Notes: generated from the sequence alone by a model not told the origin. A DNA stretch of 64,000 bases from Chiloscyllium plagiosum (GCF_004010195.1 NC_057718.1:42360901-42424900); one strand, 5' to 3'. Shown: positions 1 to 12,869, numbered from the stretch's first letter. Numbers and translations: made by a program.

Positions 1-690
1 GATCTGATAAGATTTGCATCCAACAGCATTTATGGCAGATATAATCCGCAGTAACCCTTAAACTCTCTTTAAACTCCCACATCTGACAAGAAGTACATAT
101 CACTGCAACGGCCATTTTTGCTCCTTCACAATCTACAGACCCAGAAACCGTCTTATTCCTCTACAAACACTGCCCCAGGTTAAATTAATAGTTAGGGCTT
201 ATATTTTAAATTCAATCAAGAGACTTATCTCCAAGAACATATAATCAAGAAAGAATCTACTGCACTCACTACTGCGGCCTTTCTCTTGGACAGACTTAAA
301 ACAACAATTAACTTATCTGATTTTGTGCTGTGAACTTCGCCCAACAGTTCCTCCAAGATTAGTTGTGAATTTCACTGTTTCTAAATTTTCTCAGATGCAC
401 TCCGATGTCCAGCGATACACGAATTCAAACAGCACAGGCAGCAACTGTGCAGGTTCTCTCTTTCTCTCTCTCTCTCCTGCACTGTCCTCACCATGTGTTT
501 CCTTTGTCTGCTCTTCTCCCTTTTAAACTGCTGTTGTTTTGACTTTTTTTTCCCCCAAAGTTCCAAAACAATGCAACAGCATATAAAACAGTAATTGCTG
601 CTCCTGGAATTCGAGGAAATCACCTCCAACACCTAAAATATCTCAAACAAAGGAACAGTTCTTACAGCCAGAAACTGTTCCCGTCCTCCA
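1..690 (-). mobile_element. Probable 5' region of a shark LINE (CR1-like), truncated by the window edge
   Basis: Resembles a recurrent shark interspersed repeat and contains a (TC)n tract near 455-477. No diagnostic protein motif. Confidence 0.3.
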
Positions 691-914
691 TGTGTTCAAG
701 CACTTTGACGTAACTTGTGCCAGAGCGATTGAGTAGCCCTGTTTGTATACCCACAGTTCCAAACCATGAAAAATAGCATTTAGTCATTTTTCACATATTT
801 GTTACATGCTCCATTGGCTCATCTCAACAAAGACAGTAAGAAAGTTTTAAAACTCATTTCTGTTAGGCTGTTTTTAAGATTGAAAATGAACTTGGAAGAT
901 GCACGACGAAGGTT

Positions 915-1192
915 TTGTGATTTACACATGAAAGAAGTGAAACTATCATGGTATTCGAACAGATGAAAGACTTAACAGACAATCAAGGTATTTTTCAATG
1001 TATAATTTCAGTTACATCACACTGGAAATTTTTGCTATAAATCCTGTGCCTTGGAATTGTGTCCTCCATTATTACCTGAAGGAGCGGCACTCCGAAAGCT
1101 AGTGTGCTTCCAGTTAAACCTGTTGGACTATAACCTCGTGTGTGTGAATTTTAACTTTGTACACCCCAGTCCAATACTGGCATCTCCAAATC
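915..1192 (+). mobile_element. Penelope-like element 3' end/pseudo-LTR fragment with a damaged hammerhead motif
   Basis: cctga[-3 nt]aggagcggcactccgaaagctagtg at about 1075-1105: GGAG/CTCC stem II, GAAA, palindromic AGCT stem III, but the CUGANGA box is incomplete. Confidence 0.6.
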
Positions 1193-1390
1193 ATAGAATA
1201 TGATAGAATTCCTACAATGTGGAACTGGGCCCATTGGGTCCACACTGACCCTCTGAACAGCAGTTCACCCAGACCTACTGCCCTATCCTATTCCTGTAAC
1301 CCTGCATTCTCCATGGCTAATCTACTTAGCCTGCAAATTCTGGAAACTATGGGACAATTTAGCATGGCCAATCCACCTGACCTGCACATA
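1193..1390 (-). mobile_element. Truncated HE1-type SINE
   Basis: ggacaatttagcatggccaatccacctgacctgcacat is shared with the full HE1 copies at 7363 and 38649. Confidence 0.75.
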
Positions 1391-2768
1391 GAGTTATATA
1401 TCTTTCCTGGATACTCCAAGACCTCAGTATTTCTCTCTTGTTAATCAAAATCGCACATCCTGTATTTTTCTGGTGTTTCCAGAATGCTGGGACCCCTTTT
1501 CCAGAGCTCCTCCTCAAGGTACTGCTGGGACTGGCAACTATATCTCAGTACTACCAAATACATTACTCGCTGCCAGAGCTTCTGGATTCCAGGGCTACCA
1601 TCAATTCTACTTCATTATACAATGACAACTGATGACTATAAAAAATTCTTACAACTTATACAGGGATTTGTAACTCTGAAAATGAAATTTGAATTTCTAG
1701 TATAATAGTTGAAAGAATAACATCTTAAGATGTTTCACATTTTAAGATGCTTACTGCAATAAATTACTGAAACACTGTTTAATTAAACACTAGACTTATA
1801 GGCAACTTATACTTTAAATCAAAGGTCATAACAGTCCCTTTTTCATTACAAATACAACCTAAAGCACACACTTTACAGGTATTCTTTATATTGTTTCTTA
1901 CATAGACATTTAATTTTCCCAGAATCAACCTAGAGTGATTCCTAGCTCCAAAGGGTTTACAGTATTCCCGTTCTAATCTTTTCTCAGCATGAGAACAAGA
2001 AATTTTAGAACTGCCTTTCACAATGAGATTTTCTTTTCCCAGATACTCTCCCTCTAGCTCGAGATAAAAGAATTCTCCTGCCTCACATGAAAATATGTAA
2101 ATTAGGAGCAGAAGTGAATAATTAAACCTTTCAATTCTGCTTCACCATTTGATACAATCATGGCTGAACTGTTTATGTGTTCTCATCTATGTCCAATAAC
2201 CTTTGATTTCATTGGCCAAAATCTTACCCCCACTTTACTTTAAATGACACAACTTACCCTACCTTTTGCGACATAGTCCCAAATATTACACCACCCTCAA
2301 GAGAAAAACAAATTTCATTTCTATCCTAAAAGTGTGACTCCTAATTTTATAAAGGTGACCCTTGGTTATGGATTCACCATATGAGGAAACATCCTATCCA
2401 ACTCACATTGACAAGGTCACTCAGGATCTTAAACATTTCAATCAAATCACCCTTGTGAAAACAAGCACAGCCTATTCAATACTTTGACCTAAGACAATCC
2501 ATGTATTTCAGGTGTCAATCTAGAAAACCATCTCTGAACGACCTCTAATGCATTTACATCCTCCCTTAAGTAGGGAGGCCAAAACAATACACAGTAGTTA
2601 AGATGTGGACAGACTAATGCCTTGTAAAACTACAGCACAATATCTGTCCATTTTCGTTCAATTCATAGAGTTGTATAGCACGGAAACAGATCCTTCAGTC
2701 CAACTCATCCATGCCGACCAGATATCTTAAGTTAATCTAGTCCCATTTTCCAGCATTTGACCCATATC

Positions 2769-3447
2769 AGGTCAAAGATGGCTGCAGAGTAGCCAGGACT
2801 CCTCTGCTCCACCCGTTCTTTTTTCTTTTTCTCCTTTATTTTCAAACTTACTCAGAGGGGAACAGAGGAGGAGGCGATCCCCGGACCGGAGACCATCACA
2901 GGCCAGGCTGGGGTGGAAGGCAATTCCCAGAGTGAATCCTAGGCCAGGCTGGCGTGGAAGGTGAGTCGTGATGGTGAGCCCAGGGCTGGAAGCTGGCAAG
3001 GGACGCAGATCCCATTCCAGAGATAGGCACAGGGAGGCGAATCGCGGAGGTGAGTCCCAGATTATGCCAGCGTGGGAGGTGAATCCTGGAAGCAGGACCC
3101 CGACCACAGGCCGCTGTGGCAAGGCGAGGTCCTTGCGGATTGGAAGCAAAGGCTGAAGTTTTGAGGCACGGAGTAGTCTGGAGAGTTGACCTGGTACGGT
3201 TGGAAGCTAGTTGCTGGCATGGACTTAGATGTAAAGGACTGTAATTTGAGGACTTTTTTCCCCCTTTTTATTCTTATGCTGGGCTTTTATTTATTATTCT
3301 TACAATTTTGTACTAAATACTTAAGTACTTGTACATTGGTATCTTGTACCAAAGATGGTGCCATTAACGGCGACATTGCAAACTTTTCATTGCACTCATT
3401 CGAGTGCATGTGATATTAAGACTAATTCCAATTCTTCTAATTTAATT
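2769..3447 (+). mobile_element. Non-autonomous retroelement, Rex/Babar-like ends, GC-rich internal degenerate repeats
   Basis: Starts aaagatggctgc...ctctgctccacccgttctttt and ends cttttcattgcactcattcgagtgcatgtgatattaag plus a short repeat tail. It splits a HER1 copy and shares its 5' head with 56367. Confidence 0.55.
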
Positions 3448-3986
3448 CCCACTAAACCCTTCCTATTCATATATCCATCCAGATGTACTTTAAATGTTAT
3501 AATTATATTCACCTCCCCCACTTCATCTGGCAACTCATCCTATACACACACCACCCTCTGCATGAAAAGGTTGCCCTTAGGTCCCCTTTATATCTTTCCT
3601 CCCTCACCTTAAACCTATCCCCTCTTATTTTGTACTCCTCTAATTCCCTGGAAAAACGACCTTGGCTATTCATTTTATTCATGACGCTCATGATTTTATA
3701 AACCTCTATAAGGTCACTTCAAACTCCGGCACTCTGAGGAAAAATAGCCCCAGCCTCTTCAGCCTTTTCCTATAAATCGAACCCTGAAACCCGGCAACAT
3801 CCTTGTAAATCTTTTCTGAACTTATTTAAGTTTAACAACATCTTTCCAAAAGCAGGGAGACCAGAATTGAACATAGTATTCCAAAAGTGGTCTAACCAAT
3901 GTCCTGTACAGCTGGATATCCTAACTCCTATACTCAATGCACTGACCAATAAAGGCAGGTGGATCAAACATCTTCTTCACTACCCT

Positions 3987-4230
3987 GGAGAAAATTAGGA
4001 CTGCAGATGCAGTTTATAGTTCCTTGAAAATGGAGTCACATTTTGACAGGGTAATGAAGAAGTCGAGAGTGTGATGCTGGAAAAGCACAGCCGATCAGGT
4101 GGCATCCAAGGAGCAGGAGAATCGATATTTCAGGCAAGAGCCCTTCATCAGGAATCATCAGGAAACGTCGATTCTCCTGCTCCTCAGATGTCACCTGACC
4201 TGTTTTGCTTTTCCAGTACCACTCTCTCGA
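3987..4230. mobile_element. Palindromic hammerhead-bearing short retroposon (PLE-derived)
   Basis: Inverted arms around a minus-strand motif gattcCTGATGAagggctcttgcctGAAAtATCgattc (4119-4156). TSD-like cttcttcaYtaccctg at 3972-3987 and 4231-4246. Confidence 0.8.
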
Positions 4231-4764
4231 CTTCTTCATTACCCTGTCAAAATGTGACTCCATTTTCAAGGAACTATAAACTTGCACCCAAGGTGTTTTT
4301 GTTCGGCAATAGGCCTCAGGACCCCACCATTAATTGTATAAATCCTGCCCTGATTTGCCTTACCAAAATGCTACACCTCACATTTATATAAATTAAACTT
4401 TGATCAAGGTCCCATTGTAATCTGAGATAATCTTCACTGACCAATACCAAGTTTAGTGTCATCTGCAAATTTACTATCCATTCCTCCTATTTTCACATCC
4501 AAACACATATATAAATGACAAAATGCAGTGCACCCATCATTGATCCTTGCAGCACATTGGTCACAGGCCTCCCGTCTGAAAAAAATCCACCACCATTCTC
4601 TTTTAATTAAAGATAGCATCCGAAAATCCTTCTTGATTATGTGCGGTACCTGAATATTAACCTTTTGTGACTCATTCATAGGAACAATTGGATTCTTCTG
4701 CACCTCCAGAATTCTGCTATCAGTCTCCATTTAAATGATACTCTGCTTTCTTTATCCTTCTTGA

Positions 4765-6440
4765 ATATTGCATTTTGACTATGCAATGTTGCATTTGAAT
4801 GTGGACTGCCTCAGTAGAGAGCCGCAAATGGTTCTGAACATTGTGCTATCAGCAAACATTCCTACTTCTGACCTTATAATGGAGCAACTGAAAATGGTTG
4901 GCCCTAGAAGACCTCCTAGATGGAACGCCTGCTGATATATCCTATAGCTGAGATGACTAATATCCAATAAACACAACCTGTATGCCAGGTATGACTCCAA
5001 CCAGTAGATGGTATGCCCCAAATACCAATGGATTCCAGTTTTGCTAAAACTCCTTGATGTCACACTTGCTTGAATGTAGCCCTTGATATCAAGGCTGTCA
5101 GTCTCACCTCACCTCTGGAATTCAGCACTTTTTTCCAAGTTTGAATCAAGGCTATAACAATGTCAGCAACTGAGTGGCCCTGGTGGAACCAAAACTGGGC
5201 ATCAGCAAGCAGGTTATTGCTGAGCAAAGGCTGTTGATGACATCATCCATCACTTTACTGACGATTGAGAGTAGACTGATGAAATGGTAATTAGGTTTGA
5301 TTTTTCTTGCTTTTTATGTACAGGACATACCTGGGCAGTTTTTCACATTGTTTGCTAGATTCCAGCATTGAAACCATACTGGAATAGCTTGGCTAGGGTA
5401 GTAGTAAGCTGTTGAATTCAGGTCTTCAATACTTTTGCTGGAATCTTGTCAGAAATCATAGCTTTTGCAGTATCCAGAGCCTCCAAACATTTTTTGACAT
5501 CATGTGAAGTGAATAAAATTGGCTGAAGACTGGTATCTGTGATACTGGGAACCACTAGAGGACGCTGAAATGTATCCTTCACACGGCACTTCTGTCTGAA
5601 GGTTGTAGTGAATGCTTCAAACTTAACTTTTGCACTGATGTGCCTCCTCTTCCAATTAATTGTCTAATTGGCCACATTCATGACTGGATGTGGCAGGATT
5701 GCAGAGATTAGATCTGATTGGTTGTGGGCTTGTTTAGCTATGTCTATCATTCATTGCTTATGCTGTTTGGCATGCAAGTAATCCTGTTTGCTAGCTTCAC
5801 AGGTTTTTTAGGTATGCCTGATATTGTTTTTGGCAAGCCCTTCTGTACCCTCCATGGACCAGGACTGATCCCCTGCCTTGATGGTAATGGTTAATTGGGA
5901 GATATGCCTGGCCATGAGGTTGCAGATTGTACAATCTGCTAGAGAACAATTTTGCTGTTGTTGATGGTCCACAGCATCTCACAGATGAGGTTTTCAATTG
6001 CCAGATCTGTTTGAAGTCTGTCCCATTTAGCATGGTGATAGTGCAATATAACACATTGGAGAATATTCTTGATGCGAAGGTAGGATTTCATCTTCAGAAA
6101 GAGTGTGCTGTGGTCACTCTTACTGATACTGCCATGGACAGTTGCATCTACATCCAAGAATGACGTCAAGTATGGTTTTCCCTCTTGTTGGTTCCCTCAC
6201 TTTTTGCCGTAGATCCAGTCCAGCAGTTATGTCCTTTACTTCAATGTCTAGAGGTGCTTTTAGTGTAAAGTCATTAAGTAATCCTGTCAAATTACACAAC
6301 AGCAAGTCTATTATAGCCTGATCATTGGTCAGTCTCAGAACATGCTGCTCTAAAAGAAATCTTTCAAGATCATTTATGTACATCATTAAGGTTACTATTA
6401 CCAATCTGATATTCCAGTTTATATGTAAATTAAAATCAAT
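4765..6440 (-). mobile_element. Degenerate CR1/L2-group LINE RT and endonuclease fragments
   Basis: Peptides GGLLGPTIFSCSI..SEVGMFADSTMF, VREPTRGKTILDVIL and LEQHVL..AIIDLLLCN, with many stops and frameshifts. Confidence 0.75.
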
Positions 6441-7362
6441 CACAATATATCAGAAGCACAGACTATTTCTTTTTGTTTTTCTTTGAAGTGTCCAGTCTTG
6501 ACTGCAGGTATATTCTTAGGCTTTCCTCATGAATTTTGTTTTTCAGTGCACATGAGCTTCTAATACATCCTGAATGGTGAATCATTCAGGCTTTTTCTAG
6601 TTGTTACCTCCCTCTCAGAAACAGACAGATTAAAATGCACTGTGATGGTGATATTTCAGGAAAGCCTGTAACCTGATCTTTGCAATGGCTCTCTTTGAAT
6701 CCTTCCTTATAGCAATATGAATCATATGGTCCATGAATTTCAGTAGAAATGCTAATAAGGTATCCTTCAGAGCCCATCTTGGAACTAAATGGAGTGCTTA
6801 AAGCACAAGTGTTTACAACTCAACATTCTCAATACTTTTCTGGAACTTTGGAGACTCTTAGTCTGCCCTTAACATGTGGGTTACTGCCTTTGTTTCCAAG
6901 CATAAATGCCTTGCACCCTAGGAGAAGGAATCCTAATTTTCCTCATCAAATAAACAATGCTGTAAGGCCGAATTCAGAACTGGTTACATGACCCCTTCAT
7001 TGGCCCTTAATTTAAAGGCAAAAAGTCTCAAAAGATAACAATTGCATAAATCTCATAATTATAACATAATGTCAAAGGTCAGCTGATATTTTTAAATTGC
7101 AAAGTAAAGCTGTAAGCAACTATTTTAATCAAATGTTTTTGTTTTGTTCTTACCACAGCTAGATTCTTTAAGTCAGCTGAAAAGCCACAAGTTGGTAATA
7201 GCTCTTGGATCAAATACACATTCAAAAATAACTTTGTGAATCACTTTATTTTGGAAAATCATAACGAAAGTTAGTTATAGATTGAACAGAAGCACCTACC
7301 ATCGCATTTTCTTTTTGCTAACATTAATTATAATTTCTATATGTAAACGGATGGCAAAATGT

Positions 7363-7679
7363 TTAGATTAGATTAGATTACTTACAGTGTGGAAACAGGC
7401 CCTTCAGCCCAACAAGTCCACACCGCCCCGCCGAAGCGCAACCCACCCATACCCCTACATCTACCCCTTACCTAACACTACTGGCAATTTAGCATGGCCA
7501 ATTCACCTGACCTGCACATCTTTGGACTGTGGGAGGAAACCGGAGCACCCGGAGGAAACACACGCAGACACGGGGAGAATGTGCAAACTCCACACAGTCA
7601 GTCGCCTGAGGCGGGAATTGAACCCGGGTCTCTGGCGCTGTGAGGCAGCAGGGCTAACCACTGTGCCACCATGCTGCCC
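7363..7679 (-). mobile_element. HE1-type tRNA-derived SINE, full length
   Basis: Head gggcagcatggtggcacagtggttag (A box) and ggttcaattccc (B box), with a (taatc)n tail. Near-identical to 38668-38982. Confidence 0.92.
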
Positions 7680-10122
7680 ACTTGTCATTGTATTCTTTAC
7701 TGATGAAAGTAACTTCACTTTGCATCTTATTTCTGGTATGCACTGAATGACCAACTTTGTATGAAATTTTCTAGCAGTTTGATCATATCAAAATTTTAAA
7801 TAGTTTATGCTATTCAACCTTAATTGAAGAAAATTCACCTTTATCACTATAGAGCAAGGAAATAATTTTACAGGCTCAACCTTTGAAGAAATGTTAAAGA
7901 GTTGATAATAATTTGAATATGAATCCTTGTCTTATTAAAGCTGTTAAATTTTACTGTCTGACGTTGTTATAATAATCCCTCCCTCTCAGAGTCTGAGGAC
8001 ATAGGCTGTTTCTTTCTCCTGGGGAGTGTCTTGGTACATTTTAGCACCGGATCTGACTCAGCATCCAACATGGGAGCTTGCCTCTTGTGCCAACAATGCA
8101 TCGGTAGAAATTCACACTCTTCTTCCATCAATTTGGCTACATCTGTCTTCCCCAACTTACATTCAGAATTCTCATCAATGCTTGATGGAGAGGGTGAACC
8201 ATGGGTTCCGATAGCCTTTCCAACTGTTCCAAGGAGCGGAACACATTTTGCTCCTGCAACATTTGAGAGTTTGCGGCTTTCATATAGTCCATGTGCTTGC
8301 TCTGGACCATTGCACCAACCCAAAATTTATGTATCCCCAGTGCTGACCTCATGCCAAACATGCCTCTTACCCATGCAATTCCATTGACACGGTTCTTACA
8401 CCAAATGTCATCCCCTATAATAAACTGTCTCTGTTGCTTGGCAGAGTCTCAAGTCCAGCACTGGTGTTCCTGATGCCTTTTCACTCTCCCCCTCACATCT
8501 GGGAAGATCTGATTTTACCGTGTGTAGAGTCTTCTACCCATTAGCAACTCTGCTTGTGCTATCCCTGTAGTTGCACGTGGTGTGGTCCTACAATCAAATA
8601 AGAACTGTGACAGTTTGGTATCTAGTGAGGATTTAGGCTGTTTCTTTCAGCCTGCCTTCAAAGTTTGAACCTCTCTTTGCCAGGCCATTGGATGATACAT
8701 GGTATGGGGCTGTCCTTATAGGTTGAATTCCAATTAATTTTAGGAAATACCTAAATTTCCTGCTGGTAGACGATGGCCCATTATCTGTGACCAATACATC
8801 CATGAGTCATTTATTGAAAAAGATATGCGCAGCTTTTCTATTATTGTCCCCATGTTTGACAAATGAACTCCAAGCATGTGCAGCCACTTTGAGTGGGCAT
8901 CCACAATGACTAAAAACATTGATCCAATGAAAGAACGTGCATAGTCAATGTGTAACCAAGTCCAAGGTTTACCCAGCCATTCTCACAAACGTGGGGGAGC
9001 TTCTGGTGGCAATGTTTGTCCTTGTCGGCACTCTGGTCACAACCCCACCAACATGACTATGTCTGCATCCAAGCATGACCACCAGATATAACTTCTCACC
9101 AGGATCTTCATTTTGGAGATGATTGAATGACACTGGTGAAGTTCAGCTAGTATCTGACAGCGGCCTTTGCTTGGGATAATCACTCTTGTTTCCCCTAACA
9201 ATATGCTGTCATCTATTGTGAGATGGTCTCATTGGGTTCAAAAGAGTTTCAATTCTGGGTGTGATGGTTCTTTGGTTTCCGCCATCATCATTAGTTGCTT
9301 CAGTTTTGATAGATCTGGATCTCTTGTGTCCAACGTCTGATATTGTCAGTTGTGACTGGAAATGTGGCCAGAAAATTTAAAACCATTACAGATTCTTCTG
9401 TTGCTGGTACCATCAGTGATTTATCTGCCAACGGGAGGCAAGTCAAAGTCTCCGCATTTGCTACTTGACCTCCTGGATGGTATTCTAACTTGTAATTATG
9501 GGCACTTAGTGTTATAATCCATCACGGAGTTTGGCCTGAAGCTATGGCCAGCACTGCCTTGTCCCCTTTAAGCAAACCTAATAGGGGTTTCTGGTACGTT
9601 ATCATCATAAATTTGCATCTACAAAGATATTAATGGAACTTCCTGACTCAAAATATGACCGCCAAGTCATTGATACATACTCTATTGGGCAGTCCTCTCT
9701 ACTGGGCTACCTATAGCGTCATACTACTGCAATGCCAGACTGGAGGCATCACATGTGAATAACAGATCTCATTAAGGATCATAGTGTGCCAGCACCTCAG
9801 AGGATGATAGCTGTTTCTTCACTTTCCTGCAAGTTTTGGCTTAGTTTTGTGATCATTTCCAAAGTTGACTCTTTTTTAGGAGTTGATGTACAGATGCCAG
9901 GTTGGAGGCTAGATTGAACTTTCCATAATAATTTGCCAGCCCAAGAAATGATCTAAACTCCTGATCAAAAACCGGGACATTCCTGATCACCCCATTTTAT
10001 CTTCCAATGGGTGTAACCTGGTCTTGTAAACTCTGTAGCCCAAGTAGATCACTTGGGGTGCCTGAAGCATGCATTTTTCCCTTCTTAGCATATGGTCACC
10101 CCAGAAAATCGTCTTAGGACTA

Positions 10123-10340
10123 TTGTTAGTTCTGCAATAATGCTTCTTTCTTCAATGCTAAATGGCTATAATCCAATTGAAGATTGTAGACCATTATTTT
10201 TATAATGCAAACTTTCTTTTAATGTATTGGCTATAACACAATTCCAGCGCCATTTGTTTAAATGGTGCTGCTACTACACAATTTTCTTATAAAGCGGGAA
10301 CGCACAGGAGCAGAACGATCACATTTATCCGAACAGTCTG
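10123..10340. mobile_element. MITE/Tc1-mariner(pogo)-type non-autonomous DNA element inserted in the Gypsy RT
   Basis: TA on both sides (10121-10122, 10341-10342). Removing it rejoins cttaggac-ta-tgtccaac. Terminal inverted repeats are degenerate. Confidence 0.55.
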
Positions 10341-11807
10341 TATGTCCAACTTCTCTAACTTCCATATTAGTATTCCCTGTTATTAGCACATCATCTAAAT
10401 AAATGGTGACCTTAGGTAGACCTTGCAGAATGTTCTACATCATCTGCTGAAAATTTGAATGGGCTGACAAACTCTTATTGTATTAATTGTAACATTCTAC
10501 TGGGAATCCTCATCTAAACACAATTGCAAATAGGTGTGGCTCATGTCCAGCTTTGTAAAAGAAAGCCCCTCCTATCTGCTTTGCGTATAAATCCTCCATC
10601 TGAGGGATTGGGTATCTATCCAGCTATGAGAAGTGGTTTACCGTTTGTTTAAAATCCCCACAATGGCGAACTGACCTGTTGGACTTCAAAATCAGTATGA
10701 CTGGTGCTCCATTCAGCAAATTGGACTGGTTTTGATGATTCCTTCACTTTTCAATCCATTGATTTCTGCCTTTACTTTTGTCAGAAGTGCAAATGGTACT
10801 GGGCGGCCCTTGCAGAATTGTGGAATTGCTTCCTGGTCAATATGTAAGGTAGCCTTGGCTCCTCCGATAGCCCTGGCTCCTCCGATAGCCCCTCGACATT
10901 CCTGGAAGACTTTTGGGTACTTCATTAGGACTTCTCTCAGGCAGCCATTTTTGAATCGAAAAATGTTGAGCCAATCCAGGTGAATCTCTCTCATCCAATT
11001 CTGCCCCATCCAGTTTGGATCCAAGCTTTTTACTACAATCAGTGGTAGCTGAACAAGCTGCTTTTCATATGAAACTGAAACGGTACCCTTAAATCTGTAA
11101 AGGTTCCCCAGTTATAGGTTTTCAGCCGAGCCAAGGTCTTGCCCAAACTTAGAGGTTAAAGTCCAGAGTGTATTTTATTAAAAACTGGTACTGCAATCAC
11201 TGATACAGCTACAAACTCCATTAGGACTGGATGACCATTTAATCAGAAGTTTATTTTGATTAGTTCTGATTTGGATGTGCTAAGCAATTTAACTGTTCCA
11301 ATCCAGATGTAGGAGGACTTTCCAGGGTGTGCACTGTATTGAATAATGGCTTGTACGTTATATTACCGTAGGACTCTTTTGCTGTCTCAAATCTGCACAG
11401 TAACTACAATGGCTTGCTGGCCTAGATCTTGAAGAAACTTTTAACTGTCTGGCTGAGGCTTAGCTTTATTTTGGGGTTTTGCTGTGGCCAATCTAGAGTC
11501 CATCCAATCAGAATATGTCTTGAGTGAAGCTATGCACTTGCTTGCACTGAAGCAGTGTTCCCAAAGCTCAATCAGATTGGCGAGGGGTTCTACTTCTAGG
11601 AATAACCTGCAACTCATATGCTTTATTTGTCACATTCACCAAGGATAAAGCCAATTGCTGTGCCTGTTTGAAGTCCAATTAGGGTTCAGATAGTGGATGG
11701 TTACATCACTAGTCCCACATGCCAACCAGTCTCTAAGCATCTCATTAAGGGATAAACCTAAATCACATGCCTCTGACAATTACCTTAACCTAGTAAAAAA
11801 TCCTGAC

Positions 11808-12204
11808 TCTGCTCCTGGGCCTGGCCAAACTGGCCATTAACAGGTCCAGACAGCGGGCCGTGGAGGGGGTCGTTAGGGCCAACTGCCTGCCTCTCTTCCG
11901 CGGTTGCGTTAGAGCCCAGGTGTCCTTGGAGAAGGAGCACGCGGTGTCGCCCAACACCCTGGAGTTGTTCAGGGAGAGGTGGGCGCCGCAGGGAGTGGAG
12001 TGCATCATTTCTCCCTCCAACTCTATTTTGATTTAGTCCCTACCCTCCCCCTCACTGTTTTGATCACACAGCACTGCCCTTTGATGTGAAGGGCAGTGTT
12101 TGTCACTGGCCACCCGGGTGTTTTCCTATCTTCCTGGTGGTGGAATTTGAATAAAGATTCGTACACTTTGTGTCTTTCACTTAAAAAAAAAAGAAAAACA
12201 TAAA
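11808..12204 (+). mobile_element. 5'-truncated Tx1-clade (L1 group) LINE, young
   Basis: ORF2 C-terminus LLLGLAKLAINRSRQRAVEGVVRANCLPLFRG...LELFRERWAPQGVECII*, then AATAAA and an A-rich tail. 14-bp TSD taaaaaatcctgac at 11794-11807 and 12205-12218. CpG-rich. Confidence 0.85.
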
Positions 12205-12869
12205 TAAAAAATCCTGACACAAATTCACCTCGTTCGCAAAATGCTGAGTAGAAACAATAGCATCTCAGAATTAAAGGAGCCTTGAAGTCAAACTGAATCC
12301 ATCAACTCTTGAAAGGTTTTAGTATTTGGTGCATCAGGGAAAGTTAGGCTCCTAAAACCTGAAAAAGGTGCAGGTGCAGAAGCTGTCAGGAGAATTACCC
12401 ATTGCTTTTCATTTGCCCTAATGTAATTTGCCCAGAAAAAAATGAATGCATTCTTTCCAAATAGTGGGCCCAGTCTTCGACACTAGGGTTGAACAAGTCA
12501 AGCTTGCCAAATCTTGGCATAATGCAAGAAATGCTTACACCAACTCAAAAGATGACTGTTGCAAGCGAGTTTCTTCAGGAATGTGTTTTACTCTCGTCAC
12601 CACTGAAATAACGCCACAGAGGCCAATAACCCATCATCAAATCACTCTTTATTTACAAATATAAATTCCTTGACTTTGGCACAGCCACATTAGAAGTCAG
12701 TACCTAGTGTGTCAAAATCTCTGATATTCCTCATTTCATTGATCAGCCAGGGCTCTCTGATTGGACAAGATTAAAGCCCCAATCAGGGAACTCATATTCT
12801 ATGATGTCCAGCTAACTGACCTTGTTACAATTGCTACAGATACTGTCAAGAGGAAATGCAAATTAATAA

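Larger units (their letters stand above)
2090..4600 (-). mobile_element. Nested CR1/HER1 LINE 3' fragments, interrupted by two younger insertions (2769-3447 and 3987-4230)
   Basis: Minus-strand peptides RFKVREERYKGDLR and SKFADDTKLG. The HER1 3' tail (acggaaacagatccttcagtccaactc) is shared with other copies. Confidence 0.85.
7975..12838 (-). mobile_element. Degenerate Gypsy (Mag/K02A2.6-like) LTR retrotransposon; 5' LTR present, 3' LTR missing
   Basis: 5' LTR 12604-12838 (TGTAG...TTCA) followed by PBS tggtgacgag. Also P.FCK.RPVPFAL (10713-11024 ORF), RT YLDD at 10390-10401, integrase PWTWLHIDY..LVIVDAHSKW and APYH.SSNGLA (about 8670-8975), and PPT gagagggaggga near 7975-7987. Confidence 0.9.

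Noticed and set aside
7387..7754. ORFs such as MWKQALQPNKSTP... (also 24195-24658 and 38640-38963)
   Set aside because: Chance frames in HE1 SINE copies, not genes.
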